Part shown: positions 1-6,914 of the stretch, in pieces
Numbering within the stretch: position 1 is the first letter of the stretch
Layout of the letters: each line of letters begins with the position of its first letter
Source: a virus
Lineage: Duplodnaviria > Caudoviricetes
Length of the DNA: 27,306 nucleotides
Virus record (IMG/VR): IMGVR_UViG_3300022183_000054
Coordinates: 1 to 27,306 of that record
Reading direction: 5' to 3' (one strand)
The notes under the pieces: model-generated
What the model saw: the letters and a program-made list of their open reading frames with translations, nothing else
What the model was told of the DNA's origin: nothing
The model's database searches: none
Program-made: the position numbers and the translations under genes

Positions 1-73
1 CCACACACATGGCCCATGGGATGGGCTGGGTGGCTGGCTGGCTGGCTGGATAGGTGGGCTGGTGGCCTGTCAT
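1..73 (-). CDS. possible small ORF running off the left end (MTGHQPTYPASQPATQPIPWAMCV...)
   Basis: ATG at 73 is preceded by the GAGGTAC ribosome-binding motif (78-84) used by several clear genes here. Low-complexity Pro/Gln sequence, truncated by the window edge. Confidence 0.3.
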   Translation of the reverse strand, partial: MTGHQPTYPASQPATQPIPWAMCV

Positions 74-88
74 GTTTGTACCTCGTGA

Positions 89-145
89 TGGGATATCCCA
101 ATGATTCATATTCTGTTCACGATATCCCAATGGTGAACAGAATAT
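89..145. repeat. palindrome plus 13-bp inverted repeat
   Basis: TGGGATATCCCA palindrome at 89-100; ATATTCTGTTCAC (108-120) and GTGAACAGAATAT (133-145) flank the loop GATATCCCAATG, which is also directly repeated at 92-103. Confidence 0.85.
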
Positions 146-148
146 TGG

Positions 149-382
149 TCAATATCCCCTTCTTTTCCGAAGTTCTGCTGCGTATCTTCTGCGGCGTTCA
201 TTGCGTTCTCTGATGGGATTGCGCTTCTTCACCTTGGGTGCTGGTGTTGGAATATTCAGTTCACCATCACGATACATCCGGAATGCAATGGCTGTGGCTT
301 GCTTCTGTGGGAATCCTTCTCTCATCAGAATCAAGATCTTCCGGGATATTGTATAGTCTTTCAGTTGTTTTCTTGTGGGCAT
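149..382 (-). CDS. small basic phage hypothetical protein
   Basis: Start placed at MPTRKQ, adjacent to the upstream gene's stop. The ISxKIxxLxxEGxPQKQAxAIA pattern resembles small uncharacterised phage proteins; Arg/Lys-rich C-terminus. Confidence 0.6.
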   Translation of the reverse strand: MPTRKQLKDYTISRKILILMREGFPQKQATAIAFRMYRDGELNIPTPAPKVKKRNPIRERNERRRRYAAELRKRRGY

Positions 383-383
383 A

Positions 384-785
384 TTATATCCAGTCATCAT
401 CAAAGGTGGTGTCATCTTTGGACAGTGATGGCTGTGTCTTCTCTTCAGTCACAGATTCTTCTTCCATCAGTTCTGTTTCATCAGCTGCAGTCTCTTCTTC
501 CATGGCTTGCAATGTATTCAATGCCAATCGAATCACAGACAAAGTGTCTTCATGATAGGTGTGCTGTTCGAAGCTGACACCATCTTCTTCCCACTGGACA
601 TAGCAGATGATCTCTGCATCTTTGTTGAATACATAGCCTTCAGTGCTGTCATGGCTGAAGTCCCAACCATGTGCGGCACAAAGGTCTGTGAAGAAGTCTG
701 CGTGTAAGCATGGATCAATGGGTGCATCTGATCGAATCCCATTCATCAACATACTGACCAACCGTGTGATATCTGCTATGCTCAT
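384..785 (-). CDS. acidic hypothetical protein
   Basis: Start placed at MSIADIT (785) so that it does not overlap the + strand gene at 821. Very acidic C-terminal tail (EEETAADETELMEEES...DDDWI). Confidence 0.6.
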   Translation of the reverse strand: MSIADITRLVSMLMNGIRSDAPIDPCLHADFFTDLCAAHGWDFSHDSTEGYVFNKDAEIICYVQWEEDGVSFEQHTYHEDTLSVIRLALNTLQAMEEETAADETELMEEESVTEEKTQPSLSKDDTTFDDDWI

Positions 786-820
786 ATAGACAAAGTAACA
801 CATTTTATCAGGATTCACAT

Positions 821-1162
821 ATGCCAACCATAAACGTTCCAAGAGATATTCAGATGATTGCCCAAAGAGCGATTGACTATAACTATTCACTACCCATGTC
901 CAAACGAGCTGCATTCAAAGATGAAGGTGGAAAAAGAGTACCGGGTACCGGAATGAGAACTGCACGAAGGTTGGCATCTGGTCAGGTTGACTTGGACCAG
1001 CTGCGGTTGATGGATGCATGGTTTGCCAGACATGGTGAATCTAAAGCTGAATCCAAAGCACGACAGGACAAGACATCCAAGGCTGCAATTGCTTGGGCTC
1101 TGTGGGGTGGAACACCTGCAAGAAGATGGGTGAAACGTGCCATCAAGAAGCTGGAATCATAG
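821..1162 (+). CDS. conserved phage hypothetical protein (FARH...IAWxLWGG family)
   Basis: Pattern GMRTARRLASG...RLMDAWFARH...SKAAIAWALWGG...RRW matches a widespread uncharacterised phage domain recalled from head-gene neighbourhoods. Confidence 0.65.
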   Translation: MPTINVPRDIQMIAQRAIDYNYSLPMSKRAAFKDEGGKRVPGTGMRTARRLASGQVDLDQLRLMDAWFARHGESKAESKARQDKTSKAAIAWALWGGTPARRWVKRAIKKLES

Positions 1163-1167
1163 TCATC

Positions 1168-1512
1168 TACGACAGATGATATCCTGAATACTACAGATAA
1201 AATCAGATAGATACAGATAAAAACAGGTGCTGTTTTCTTCTATGGCTTCGGTAGGTTCTATACTATAGGTATATATACTATATATATAGTGTATTTTTTT
1301 CCTAAACTTTTTTCATTTTACATATAGTAAAGTATATAAACCATGGTAGCGACCATCGAAAAACAGGCCATTTTTGGCTATGACTTCGATTCACACTCAA
1401 CAAGGTACCAATCAAGCATCTGATTTTATCTGATTTTATCTGATTTTATCTGTCGTAACTGGATGAAAAAGGCACCAGTTGATATCTGAACTGGATGAAA
1501 AAGGCACCAGTT
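1168..1512. other. putative phage replication origin (iterons plus AT-rich core)
   Basis: Non-coding; AT-rich core ~1255-1340; ATCTGATTTT x3 at 1418-1447 with an inverted copy at 1194-1208; 10-bp inverted repeat 1168-1177/1448-1457; lies downstream of the primase/helicase operon. Confidence 0.6.
1457..1512. repeat. 24-bp direct repeat with palindromic ends
   Basis: AACTGGATGAAAAAGGCACCAGTT at 1457-1480 and 1489-1512 (32-bp period); AACTGG/CCAGTT arms. Confidence 0.9.
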
Positions 1513-1528
1513 ACAGTGCAGCTGCATG

Positions 1529-1564
1529 AAAAAACAAAGAAGGCCACCCATTCAGGCAGCCTTC
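1529..1564 (-). terminator. intrinsic terminator
   Basis: Minus strand GAAGGCTGCC-TGAATG-GGTGGCCTTC followed by TTTGTTTTTT. Confidence 0.75.
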
Positions 1565-1600
1565 ACAAACAAACAACTTGATACCATTGGAGAAAGTATC
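1529..1600 (-). ncRNA. candidate ~70-nt small RNA
   Basis: Bounded by a predicted promoter (1607-1635) and terminator (1529-1564); 5' hairpin GATAC...GTATC, unpaired UUGUUUGUUUGU linker, no credible ORF. Confidence 0.4.
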
Positions 1601-1606
1601 AATCAT

Positions 1607-1635
1607 ATTGTATCACATTCTAGAATCTGGAACAA
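1607..1635 (-). promoter_or_regulatory. sigma70-type promoter with extended -10
   Basis: TTGTTC (1635-1630), 17-nt spacer ending TGTGA, TACAAT (1612-1607). Confidence 0.55.
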
Positions 1636-1636
1636 G

Positions 1637-1745
1637 TTATTTACAGGTGTTGATAAGTTATCCACATTGGGTGTTGACAAGTTATCAACAGGTGTTCATA
1701 AGTTATCCACATGGGTGTTGATAAGTTATCCACAGATGTTCATAA
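1637..1745. promoter_or_regulatory. DnaA-box array
   Basis: Perfect TTATCCACA at 1658, 1703 and 1726; variants TTATTTACA at 1637 and TTATCAACA at 1682; inverted variants TGTTGATAA/TGTTGACAA/TGTTCATAA at 1648, 1672, 1693, 1716 and 1737; period 21-24 bp. Confidence 0.85.
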
Positions 1746-1759
1746 GTATTGTCATTCTG

Positions 1760-2377
1760 TTAGAACAGTTTCAATTGTCTTGTGTGCTTTTCAAACCTAG
1801 AGACTGCAGCAGCATGATAGTCTGGGTCAATCTCCCATGCATCCAAGTGCAGTCCATGATTGTGGGCAGCAATGGCAATGGAACCACTGCCAAGATGGGT
1901 ATCAAGAATCTTCATATCGGGTTCTTTGAACTTGTCGAATATCCATGAATACAGAGCTACAGGTTTCTGTGTTGGATGAATCTTGCCGGGTGTTCTATTG
2001 TCGAACCTGAATAGTTTTGCTGGTTTGCTGAATGATGTCCATGCCAATTCCACTTGACTGAATGTATCCCATGGTTGGCATTTATCCCAAACAATTACAC
2101 ATCTTGTAGGTGGAAGATCAAAGTAGTTTCCACCCCAGATGATTTGGTTCTTTGATACTCTGAATAACTGATTCCAATATTCTGCTGGTGGTGCAATATC
2201 CCACTGTTGAATTTTGTTATCCCGGTGCAGAATGATATTCTTTAGTTTCCCACCGCCTTGATATGGATTCTTAGTTTTTATCTCATATGGTGGGTCAACC
2301 ACAGCCAAGTCATAAGTGTTGTCTTCCATGGTTCTCATTGCTTCCAGTGAACATCCAAGATTCAATCTGATTGTCAT
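1760..2377 (-). CDS. orphan N6-adenine/N4-cytosine DNA methyltransferase (beta class)
   Basis: Catalytic DPPY motif precedes HPTQKP and the SAM-binding LDTHLGSGS motif; ATGA overlap with the upstream helicase stop. Confidence 0.9.
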   Translation of the reverse strand: MTIRLNLGCSLEAMRTMEDNTYDLAVVDPPYEIKTKNPYQGGGKLKNIILHRDNKIQQWDIAPPAEYWNQLFRVSKNQIIWGGNYFDLPPTRCVIVWDKCQPWDTFSQVELAWTSFSKPAKLFRFDNRTPGKIHPTQKPVALYSWIFDKFKEPDMKILDTHLGSGSIAIAAHNHGLHLDAWEIDPDYHAAAVSRFEKHTRQLKLF

Positions 2378-3651
2378 CGTTTTCTTCTCCACATTCTTGT
2401 CTTGTGGTCGTTGGAATAAAACTGTTCATATCCACAGTCTCTGCATATCTGTGCAATCCTTCGACTGAATCCACTGTGTTGCATGGCTGCTGACAGCTGC
2501 AGATAATCCATGATGGTGGCTGTGCTGGCTTGGCCTTGGTTGGTCTTGATACATTGCAGCACCTTGACTGTCCACGGGTCATCAATGATGAAGGACTGTT
2601 GGTATTCCATCAGCTGTTCTTCACTGCCTTCTTCCAACCACCATGTCAATCCATTCCGGTAATGGTGCAAGGCTTCTGCCCACAGTTGGATTCGATTGGC
2701 TTCGATGTAGTCAATGTCAATCTTGGAACCCACTTCCACAATCCAGAATCTGCGTTCTGGTCCATCACTGAGGAACTGATAGTCATTGGTGGATGCTGTG
2801 AAGACTGTTCTTCTGGCACGCTGGACAGGCATCTTGGCATAGGCTGGTCTGTATCGGTCACTAGCTGAAGTCAAGAACTGCTTTGCATTGGCTGCTGTTT
2901 TTCCTTGCAGTGCATGCATCTCTGCCAGTTCCCATATCCACACACCAGACTGGTGTAACAGTTCATATGAATCTTTGTGTGAGATGTTGATGTTGGAATC
3001 ACTGAAGTATTCCTCGGATGCAAGTACCTTCAGTGCTGTAGACTTGCGAAGACCTTTGGCACCAACCAACACCAAACATGTATCCATCTTGCAACCGGGT
3101 TCCATCACTCGTGCCACGCAGCTGGTGAACCACTTGCAAGACATCTCTGTCACAAGTTTATCTGCTCCATCTGGTACTTTGGCTTTCAGCACATTGTGGA
3201 AGAACCATTGAATCCTGTCTTCACCATCCCATTCCGGAAGACTGGTCAACCAGTCCTTGATTGGTTCGATGGTGCGTTCTTGGGCCACCATGATGACACT
3301 GGCCCTCAGTGCTTTGTCAGTCACTTTGTATCGGTAGTTCTCTTCGAACTCCAGTGCAATCCGCTCCATCATGGCATCATCAATCATGGTGTCATTCAAC
3401 AGTATCTTGTCACTGTGTTCATTGTAGCAAAGACTGTTGTATCTTGGGTCTTGTCTCAAGATTGTGGCTGTGTTGTATCTGCAGTTCAATGGTGTCAGCA
3501 TTCCGGTTCCACGTTTGGTCACCTTCCGCAGCATATCCCAAGTGTCAATGTCTGCTGATGGTGGGTTTCCTTTGTCCTCAACCTCCACACCCAGTTCATC
3601 TTTGGCCAGTGCCATCAGTGCTTTCAGTTTGTCCAGTTCTTGTCTTGTCAT
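2374..3651 (-). CDS. VapE/VirE-family P-loop ATPase (replicative helicase)
   Basis: PGCKMD...LVGAKGLRKST (Walker A variant), IWELAEM (Walker B), D.YRPAY, STND, ERRF; C-terminal winged-helix-like tail. Confidence 0.85.
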   Translation of the reverse strand: MTRQELDKLKALMALAKDELGVEVEDKGNPPSADIDTWDMLRKVTKRGTGMLTPLNCRYNTATILRQDPRYNSLCYNEHSDKILLNDTMIDDAMMERIALEFEENYRYKVTDKALRASVIMVAQERTIEPIKDWLTSLPEWDGEDRIQWFFHNVLKAKVPDGADKLVTEMSCKWFTSCVARVMEPGCKMDTCLVLVGAKGLRKSTALKVLASEEYFSDSNINISHKDSYELLHQSGVWIWELAEMHALQGKTAANAKQFLTSASDRYRPAYAKMPVQRARRTVFTASTNDYQFLSDGPERRFWIVEVGSKIDIDYIEANRIQLWAEALHHYRNGLTWWLEEGSEEQLMEYQQSFIIDDPWTVKVLQCIKTNQGQASTATIMDYLQLSAAMQHSGFSRRIAQICRDCGYEQFYSNDHKTRMWRRKR

Positions 3652-3686
3652 GATATTCCTATTTGGTTTGATTGTTTGTTTGTTTG

Positions 3687-4559
3687 TTATGCTGTGATAT
3701 TCAGGTCAGTGAATGAACCCCACCAGCCACAGCTGTTCTGATGGTTACATGTTGGCCACTTGTAGCTGTTGGGCAGACTGGGTTCAATGCTAAAGTGAAC
3801 CGCCTTCCGTGAACAGCCCGGACACACAATGTATCTTGCTTCATTCCCTTGGATGGTTGCACCAAGTTCATTGGCTACACGAAGTCTGAATCTGGCATCC
3901 ATGAACACTTCATCCATGGAAGCCTTGCCATTCATGTAGACTCGTGTGGTGGTCATTGGTCTTGGTGGTTCAATGACTATATCAGAATAATCAAGTTCTA
4001 ACAATGGACCAATGTGTGAATGTACTTGGTGGATATGGCTTGGATGCTGTGGATGGTTGACTGGATGGGTGCTGGATGGGATTGCATACCGGAAGTAAAC
4101 TCTGGCACGGTCCTTCAGTGCTTTTGGGTCTGGTTCTCCACGACCAACCACATCTGCCCAAAGTGTTGCAGCTGCAATGGCAGCCCTATCCCAATCCGCA
4201 CCCGGTATCGGTTTGGCCAATGGCAGCACAATCCGATATTTGTGGTGGTGTGGTTTGTGACTGAATGAACTGTGGGCCAACACTGTCCAGTCTGTGAACA
4301 GTCTCCAGCAGTCTATTGGTGCAATCCCATCATCCATGTCAAAGACCAGATGGTGAACTTCGATGGCATTCATCTTGGCACGCTGGCCATCTTTGAACAC
4401 AGTTGGTGACCACAATGGCAGCTGCTGTTTGTCATCCAGTGTTCCAAGGCTGGTCAAGATTCCCTTGCACAGACCATTGATATCCACTTCGATGGTCTGT
4501 CCTCGGTTGGCTTTTACATGGTTGAATGTTGTCAGTTTGAATGTTTGTTTGTTTGTCAT
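3687..4559 (-). CDS. AEP-type primase with C-terminal Zn-binding domain
   Basis: LVFDMDDG, HSSFSH and KYRIVLPL motifs; CPGC...CNHQNSC; GAGG RBS before the ATG at 4559; adjacent to the helicase. Confidence 0.8.
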   Translation of the reverse strand: MTNKQTFKLTTFNHVKANRGQTIEVDINGLCKGILTSLGTLDDKQQLPLWSPTVFKDGQRAKMNAIEVHHLVFDMDDGIAPIDCWRLFTDWTVLAHSSFSHKPHHHKYRIVLPLAKPIPGADWDRAAIAAATLWADVVGRGEPDPKALKDRARVYFRYAIPSSTHPVNHPQHPSHIHQVHSHIGPLLELDYSDIVIEPPRPMTTTRVYMNGKASMDEVFMDARFRLRVANELGATIQGNEARYIVCPGCSRKAVHFSIEPSLPNSYKWPTCNHQNSCGWWGSFTDLNITA

Positions 4560-4567
4560 GTTGTCCT

Positions 4568-4990
4568 CTAGTTGTCTTCTTGCATGGTGTAGATTCTCCA
4601 TTGGGTGTGGGGTTCTTCAGCTTTAGAACAGTACCAGTCTTCTGCAACCACTTGGACCACTTGATTGTCATCCACCCACACTTCAGCCTTGGTCAGCACA
4701 TCCAGAACCATTTTGATCAGATTGTCAATGTCTGGCTTGGTGACCTTTGGGATTCTGGCTGCTGTGTCTCTTTTGCGGTTCAATCTCTGTGGTCTCTTGT
4801 GGCAGAAGGTGACAGACAGTTTGATTGGGCCTGTCACTTGTTCTTCAGTAGCTTGAATGGCACACAGCATGGATTGTTGATATTCCCTGCTCTTTTTGGG
4901 TGTATATGCACCGAATCTGCTCATTCTTGGTCTACCCAATGCCACTGGGTCAGCATGGAATGTTCCTTGGCTGTGAAGTATCCACATCAT
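4568..4990 (-). CDS. rusA: RusA-family Holliday junction resolvase
   Basis: GRPR...YTP N-terminus and the signature KPDIDNLIKMVLDVL...WVDDNQV. Confidence 0.92.
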   Translation of the reverse strand: MMWILHSQGTFHADPVALGRPRMSRFGAYTPKKSREYQQSMLCAIQATEEQVTGPIKLSVTFCHKRPQRLNRKRDTAARIPKVTKPDIDNLIKMVLDVLTKAEVWVDDNQVVQVVAEDWYCSKAEEPHTQWRIYTMQEDN

Positions 4991-5487
4991 CTATTCAACC
5001 TTTGTTCTGTTGCTATATGGTCACACCAATGTTGGAACAATGTTTGACCATCTTCTTCACCCAGTATCTGGGCAATGGCCTGAAGATAATGATAGTCCGG
5101 GTATGATTCACCACGAATCCACTTGTGGATGCTGAATCTGGAACATCCAACAATGTCTGCTATGCCTTGGATACTGTGGTAGCTGGCTTGGATGGTTACT
5201 CGCAAGATGATATTGAACTTCGGCTTCTGTAGTTCAAAGATTGTTTTATGTGCCCAATCCACACACACCTGACTGTCATGGAAGTCAATGTGGCTGTAGA
5301 CTGTTCCTTCATGGGTCAATACTGCTTCCCAGACATAGCAAGTATATTCTGGGTGCCAGTATCGCTTGACAATCCCTACCTGAGCACCATCGAAGTAGAT
5401 GTCTATGTTGTCAATGCTGTCTCCAAACTGTTTGCGTGCTGCAGTTCGGCCATGTCTTCTGATGTAGTCTCTGATTTCTTTGTTCAT
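4987..5487 (-). CDS. protein with C-terminal XRE/Cro-type HTH
   Basis: [26 protein letters not shown]...LQAIAQILG; overlaps both neighbours at start/stop codons. Confidence 0.7.
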   Translation of the reverse strand: MNKEIRDYIRRHGRTAARKQFGDSIDNIDIYFDGAQVGIVKRYWHPEYTCYVWEAVLTHEGTVYSHIDFHDSQVCVDWAHKTIFELQKPKFNIILRVTIQASYHSIQGIADIVGCSRFSIHKWIRGESYPDYHYLQAIAQILGEEDGQTLFQHWCDHIATEQRLNR

Positions 5488-6026
5488 TGTGAATCTCCCA
5501 GGTTCTTTGCTAGTGTCAATCCTCTTTCATGCAATACTTCAATGATTTCATTTAGGGACTTGCGACCGAAGTTTTTTGTTTTTAACAGCCTATCTGGTGA
5601 CCATGTCACCAATTCATGAATGTATTCGATACCAATTTTTTCCAAACAGTGTGCTGCTCTGACTGACAGTTCCAATGTATCAACATGCTTCTGAAGTTCT
5701 TTCCTGTGTTTCATCTCATATGATATATATGAAACTTCACAGTCAACCACAATTGTCACTCTGTACATCCAGATTCCAGTCATAGTTCCCATGTTAAACT
5801 CATGTACTGCTGCAAGTGTAGTATTTGATACAAAGATCGAATCAATCAATGGATTGTTCATCATGGTTTTACAGATTTTCTCAATCTGTGTGACATCTAT
5901 TGAATCTAAGATTTGATCTTGTGTGATATTGAAGTCTGGTCTGGATGTCTTCCAGCTGACTGGAACTGTTAGATTCAGACTGAATGTTCTGCCTTCATCG
6001 AATCGGTTTAGTTGTATATGGTCCAT
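5484..6026 (-). CDS. protein with RNA polymerase alpha subunit C-terminal domain
   Basis: [58 protein letters not shown] aligns by eye with the RpoA CTD; ~115-aa unrelated N-terminus; AGGAG RBS. Confidence 0.9.
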   Translation of the reverse strand: MDHIQLNRFDEGRTFSLNLTVPVSWKTSRPDFNITQDQILDSIDVTQIEKICKTMMNNPLIDSIFVSNTTLAAVHEFNMGTMTGIWMYRVTIVVDCEVSYISYEMKHRKELQKHVDTLELSVRAAHCLEKIGIEYIHELVTWSPDRLLKTKNFGRKSLNEIIEVLHERGLTLAKNLGDSQ

Positions 6027-6037
6027 TGTGTTTTCTC

Positions 6038-6238
6038 CTAGATGTACATGAATGTTTGTTGTATTTTAATCAATCGGCCATTCTTATTGTTGGTAGCCAA
6101 CAGTGCTGACCAATCATCATACTTTGACAGCTGCCGAATCCAATGCTGGGCTGCTGTTCTCGTGTGGAATATCTTGGTCAATACTTCACTGGCATGGTCT
6201 GCTTTGTAGATTGCAATGTGCAGTTCTGTGATTCTCAT
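6038..6238 (-). CDS. small hypothetical protein
   Basis: 66 aa, ATGA-coupled to the upstream ORF within the early operon. Confidence 0.6.
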   Translation of the reverse strand: MRITELHIAIYKADHASEVLTKIFHTRTAAQHWIRQLSKYDDWSALLATNNKNGRLIKIQQTFMYI

Positions 6239-6372
6239 AATGCACCACCATTGACCAATGTGGCAATGTATGCCAACAGTTTGAATGAAGGGAATATCAG
6301 CATAGCCATTCCCAGTGCCATGATTGCTTGTCCAATGGTTTGTCCAAGTGCGGTTGCTTGTTGTTTGTTCAT
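6235..6372 (-). CDS. 45-aa hydrophobic membrane peptide (not in ORF track)
   Basis: [45 protein letters not shown]; AGGAG RBS at 6381-6385; ATGA overlaps at both ends. Confidence 0.7.
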   Translation of the reverse strand: MNKQQATALGQTIGQAIMALGMAMLIFPSFKLLAYIATLVNGGAL

Positions 6373-6524
6373 TTTGAAGTCTCCTTAGCTTCTAGTTGTG
6401 TAAGTATTGCGATTGCTACATTCATCAGTCTGCTGATGTTACGTAGTTCTTCTAGGTCTTTGTTTTGATATGCTGTTATGGCTTGCGCTTCCAGCTGCCT
6501 GATGTATTTTTGAATGGCATTCAT
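6369..6524 (-). CDS. 51-aa helical hypothetical protein (not in ORF track)
   Basis: MNAIQKYIRQLEAQAITAYQNKDLEELRNISRLMNVAIAILTQLEAKETSK; AGGTAC RBS; ATGA overlap with the next gene. Confidence 0.7.
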   Translation of the reverse strand: MNAIQKYIRQLEAQAITAYQNKDLEELRNISRLMNVAIAILTQLEAKETSK

Positions 6525-6547
6525 TGTTTGTACCTGTGTGGAATAAT

Positions 6548-6567
6548 AAGGAGCCCGAAGGCCCCTT
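6548..6567 (-). terminator. cUUCGg tetraloop hairpin (weak terminator or mRNA stabiliser)
   Basis: AAGGGGCC-TTCG-GGCTCCTT followed by ATTATT; poor U tract. Confidence 0.55.
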
Positions 6568-6575
6568 GGGGATTG

Positions 6576-6803
6576 TTATCTTCTGCTCTCTTCGATTGCT
6601 TCGATGGTATCTAATAGAATATCTACGGCTTCCTCTCCATTACGTTGCTCATATTGATCATATAGATAAGCCTTAACCATTCTTTCTTCGTGAGAATATT
6701 TATCCCAAGGTTTCGCCATATCGGTTAGAACTGCGATAATCATATCATCGCTCATCTTAGAGATTCTGTTTTTTAATCGTTGGATTGCTGCTTCTTTAGT
6801 CAT
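6576..6803 (-). CDS. first early gene, 75-aa hypothetical protein
   Basis: Start MTKEAAIQ with GAGGTAC RBS (6807-6813), just downstream of the strong promoter. Confidence 0.75.
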   Translation of the reverse strand: MTKEAAIQRLKNRISKMSDDMIIAVLTDMAKPWDKYSHEERMVKAYLYDQYEQRNGEEAVDILLDTIEAIEESRR

Positions 6804-6848
6804 TTTGTACCTCTGTTTGTTGTTTGATGGTTTGTCCATCTGTTTATA

Positions 6849-6877
6849 AGTATACACAGTCTGTTCATGTTTGTCAA
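6849..6877 (-). promoter_or_regulatory. near-consensus sigma70 early promoter
   Basis: TTGACA (6877-6872), 17 nt, TATACT (6854-6849); AT-rich UP-like tract at 6878-6898. Confidence 0.85.
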
Positions 6878-6897
6878 CAAAAGATTTATTTTTATTT

Positions 6898-6908
6898 TGT
6901 GTTATACT
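6898..6908 (+). promoter_or_regulatory. extended -10 promoter for a leaderless mRNA
   Basis: TGTGT-TATACT, then 6 nt to the ATG at 6915; no Shine-Dalgarno. Confidence 0.6.
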
Positions 6909-6914
6909 GTGTCC

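Noticed and set aside
16-65. GGCT-rich tandem tract and + strand ORF 16-213
   Set aside because: Low-complexity sequence with an implausible Trp/Gly translation; no function supportable.
1457-1745. Possible mini CRISPR array
   Set aside because: Intervening sequences are only 2-8 bp, there are no unique spacer-length segments and no cas genes.
1526-1948. + strand ORF with repeated GVDKLST peptide
   Set aside because: The peptide repeat is just the translation of the DnaA-box array, and the ORF overlaps the methyltransferase antisense.
1760-2377. Complete restriction-modification system
   Set aside because: No adjacent endonuclease and target specificity cannot be read from the sequence; treated as an orphan methyltransferase.
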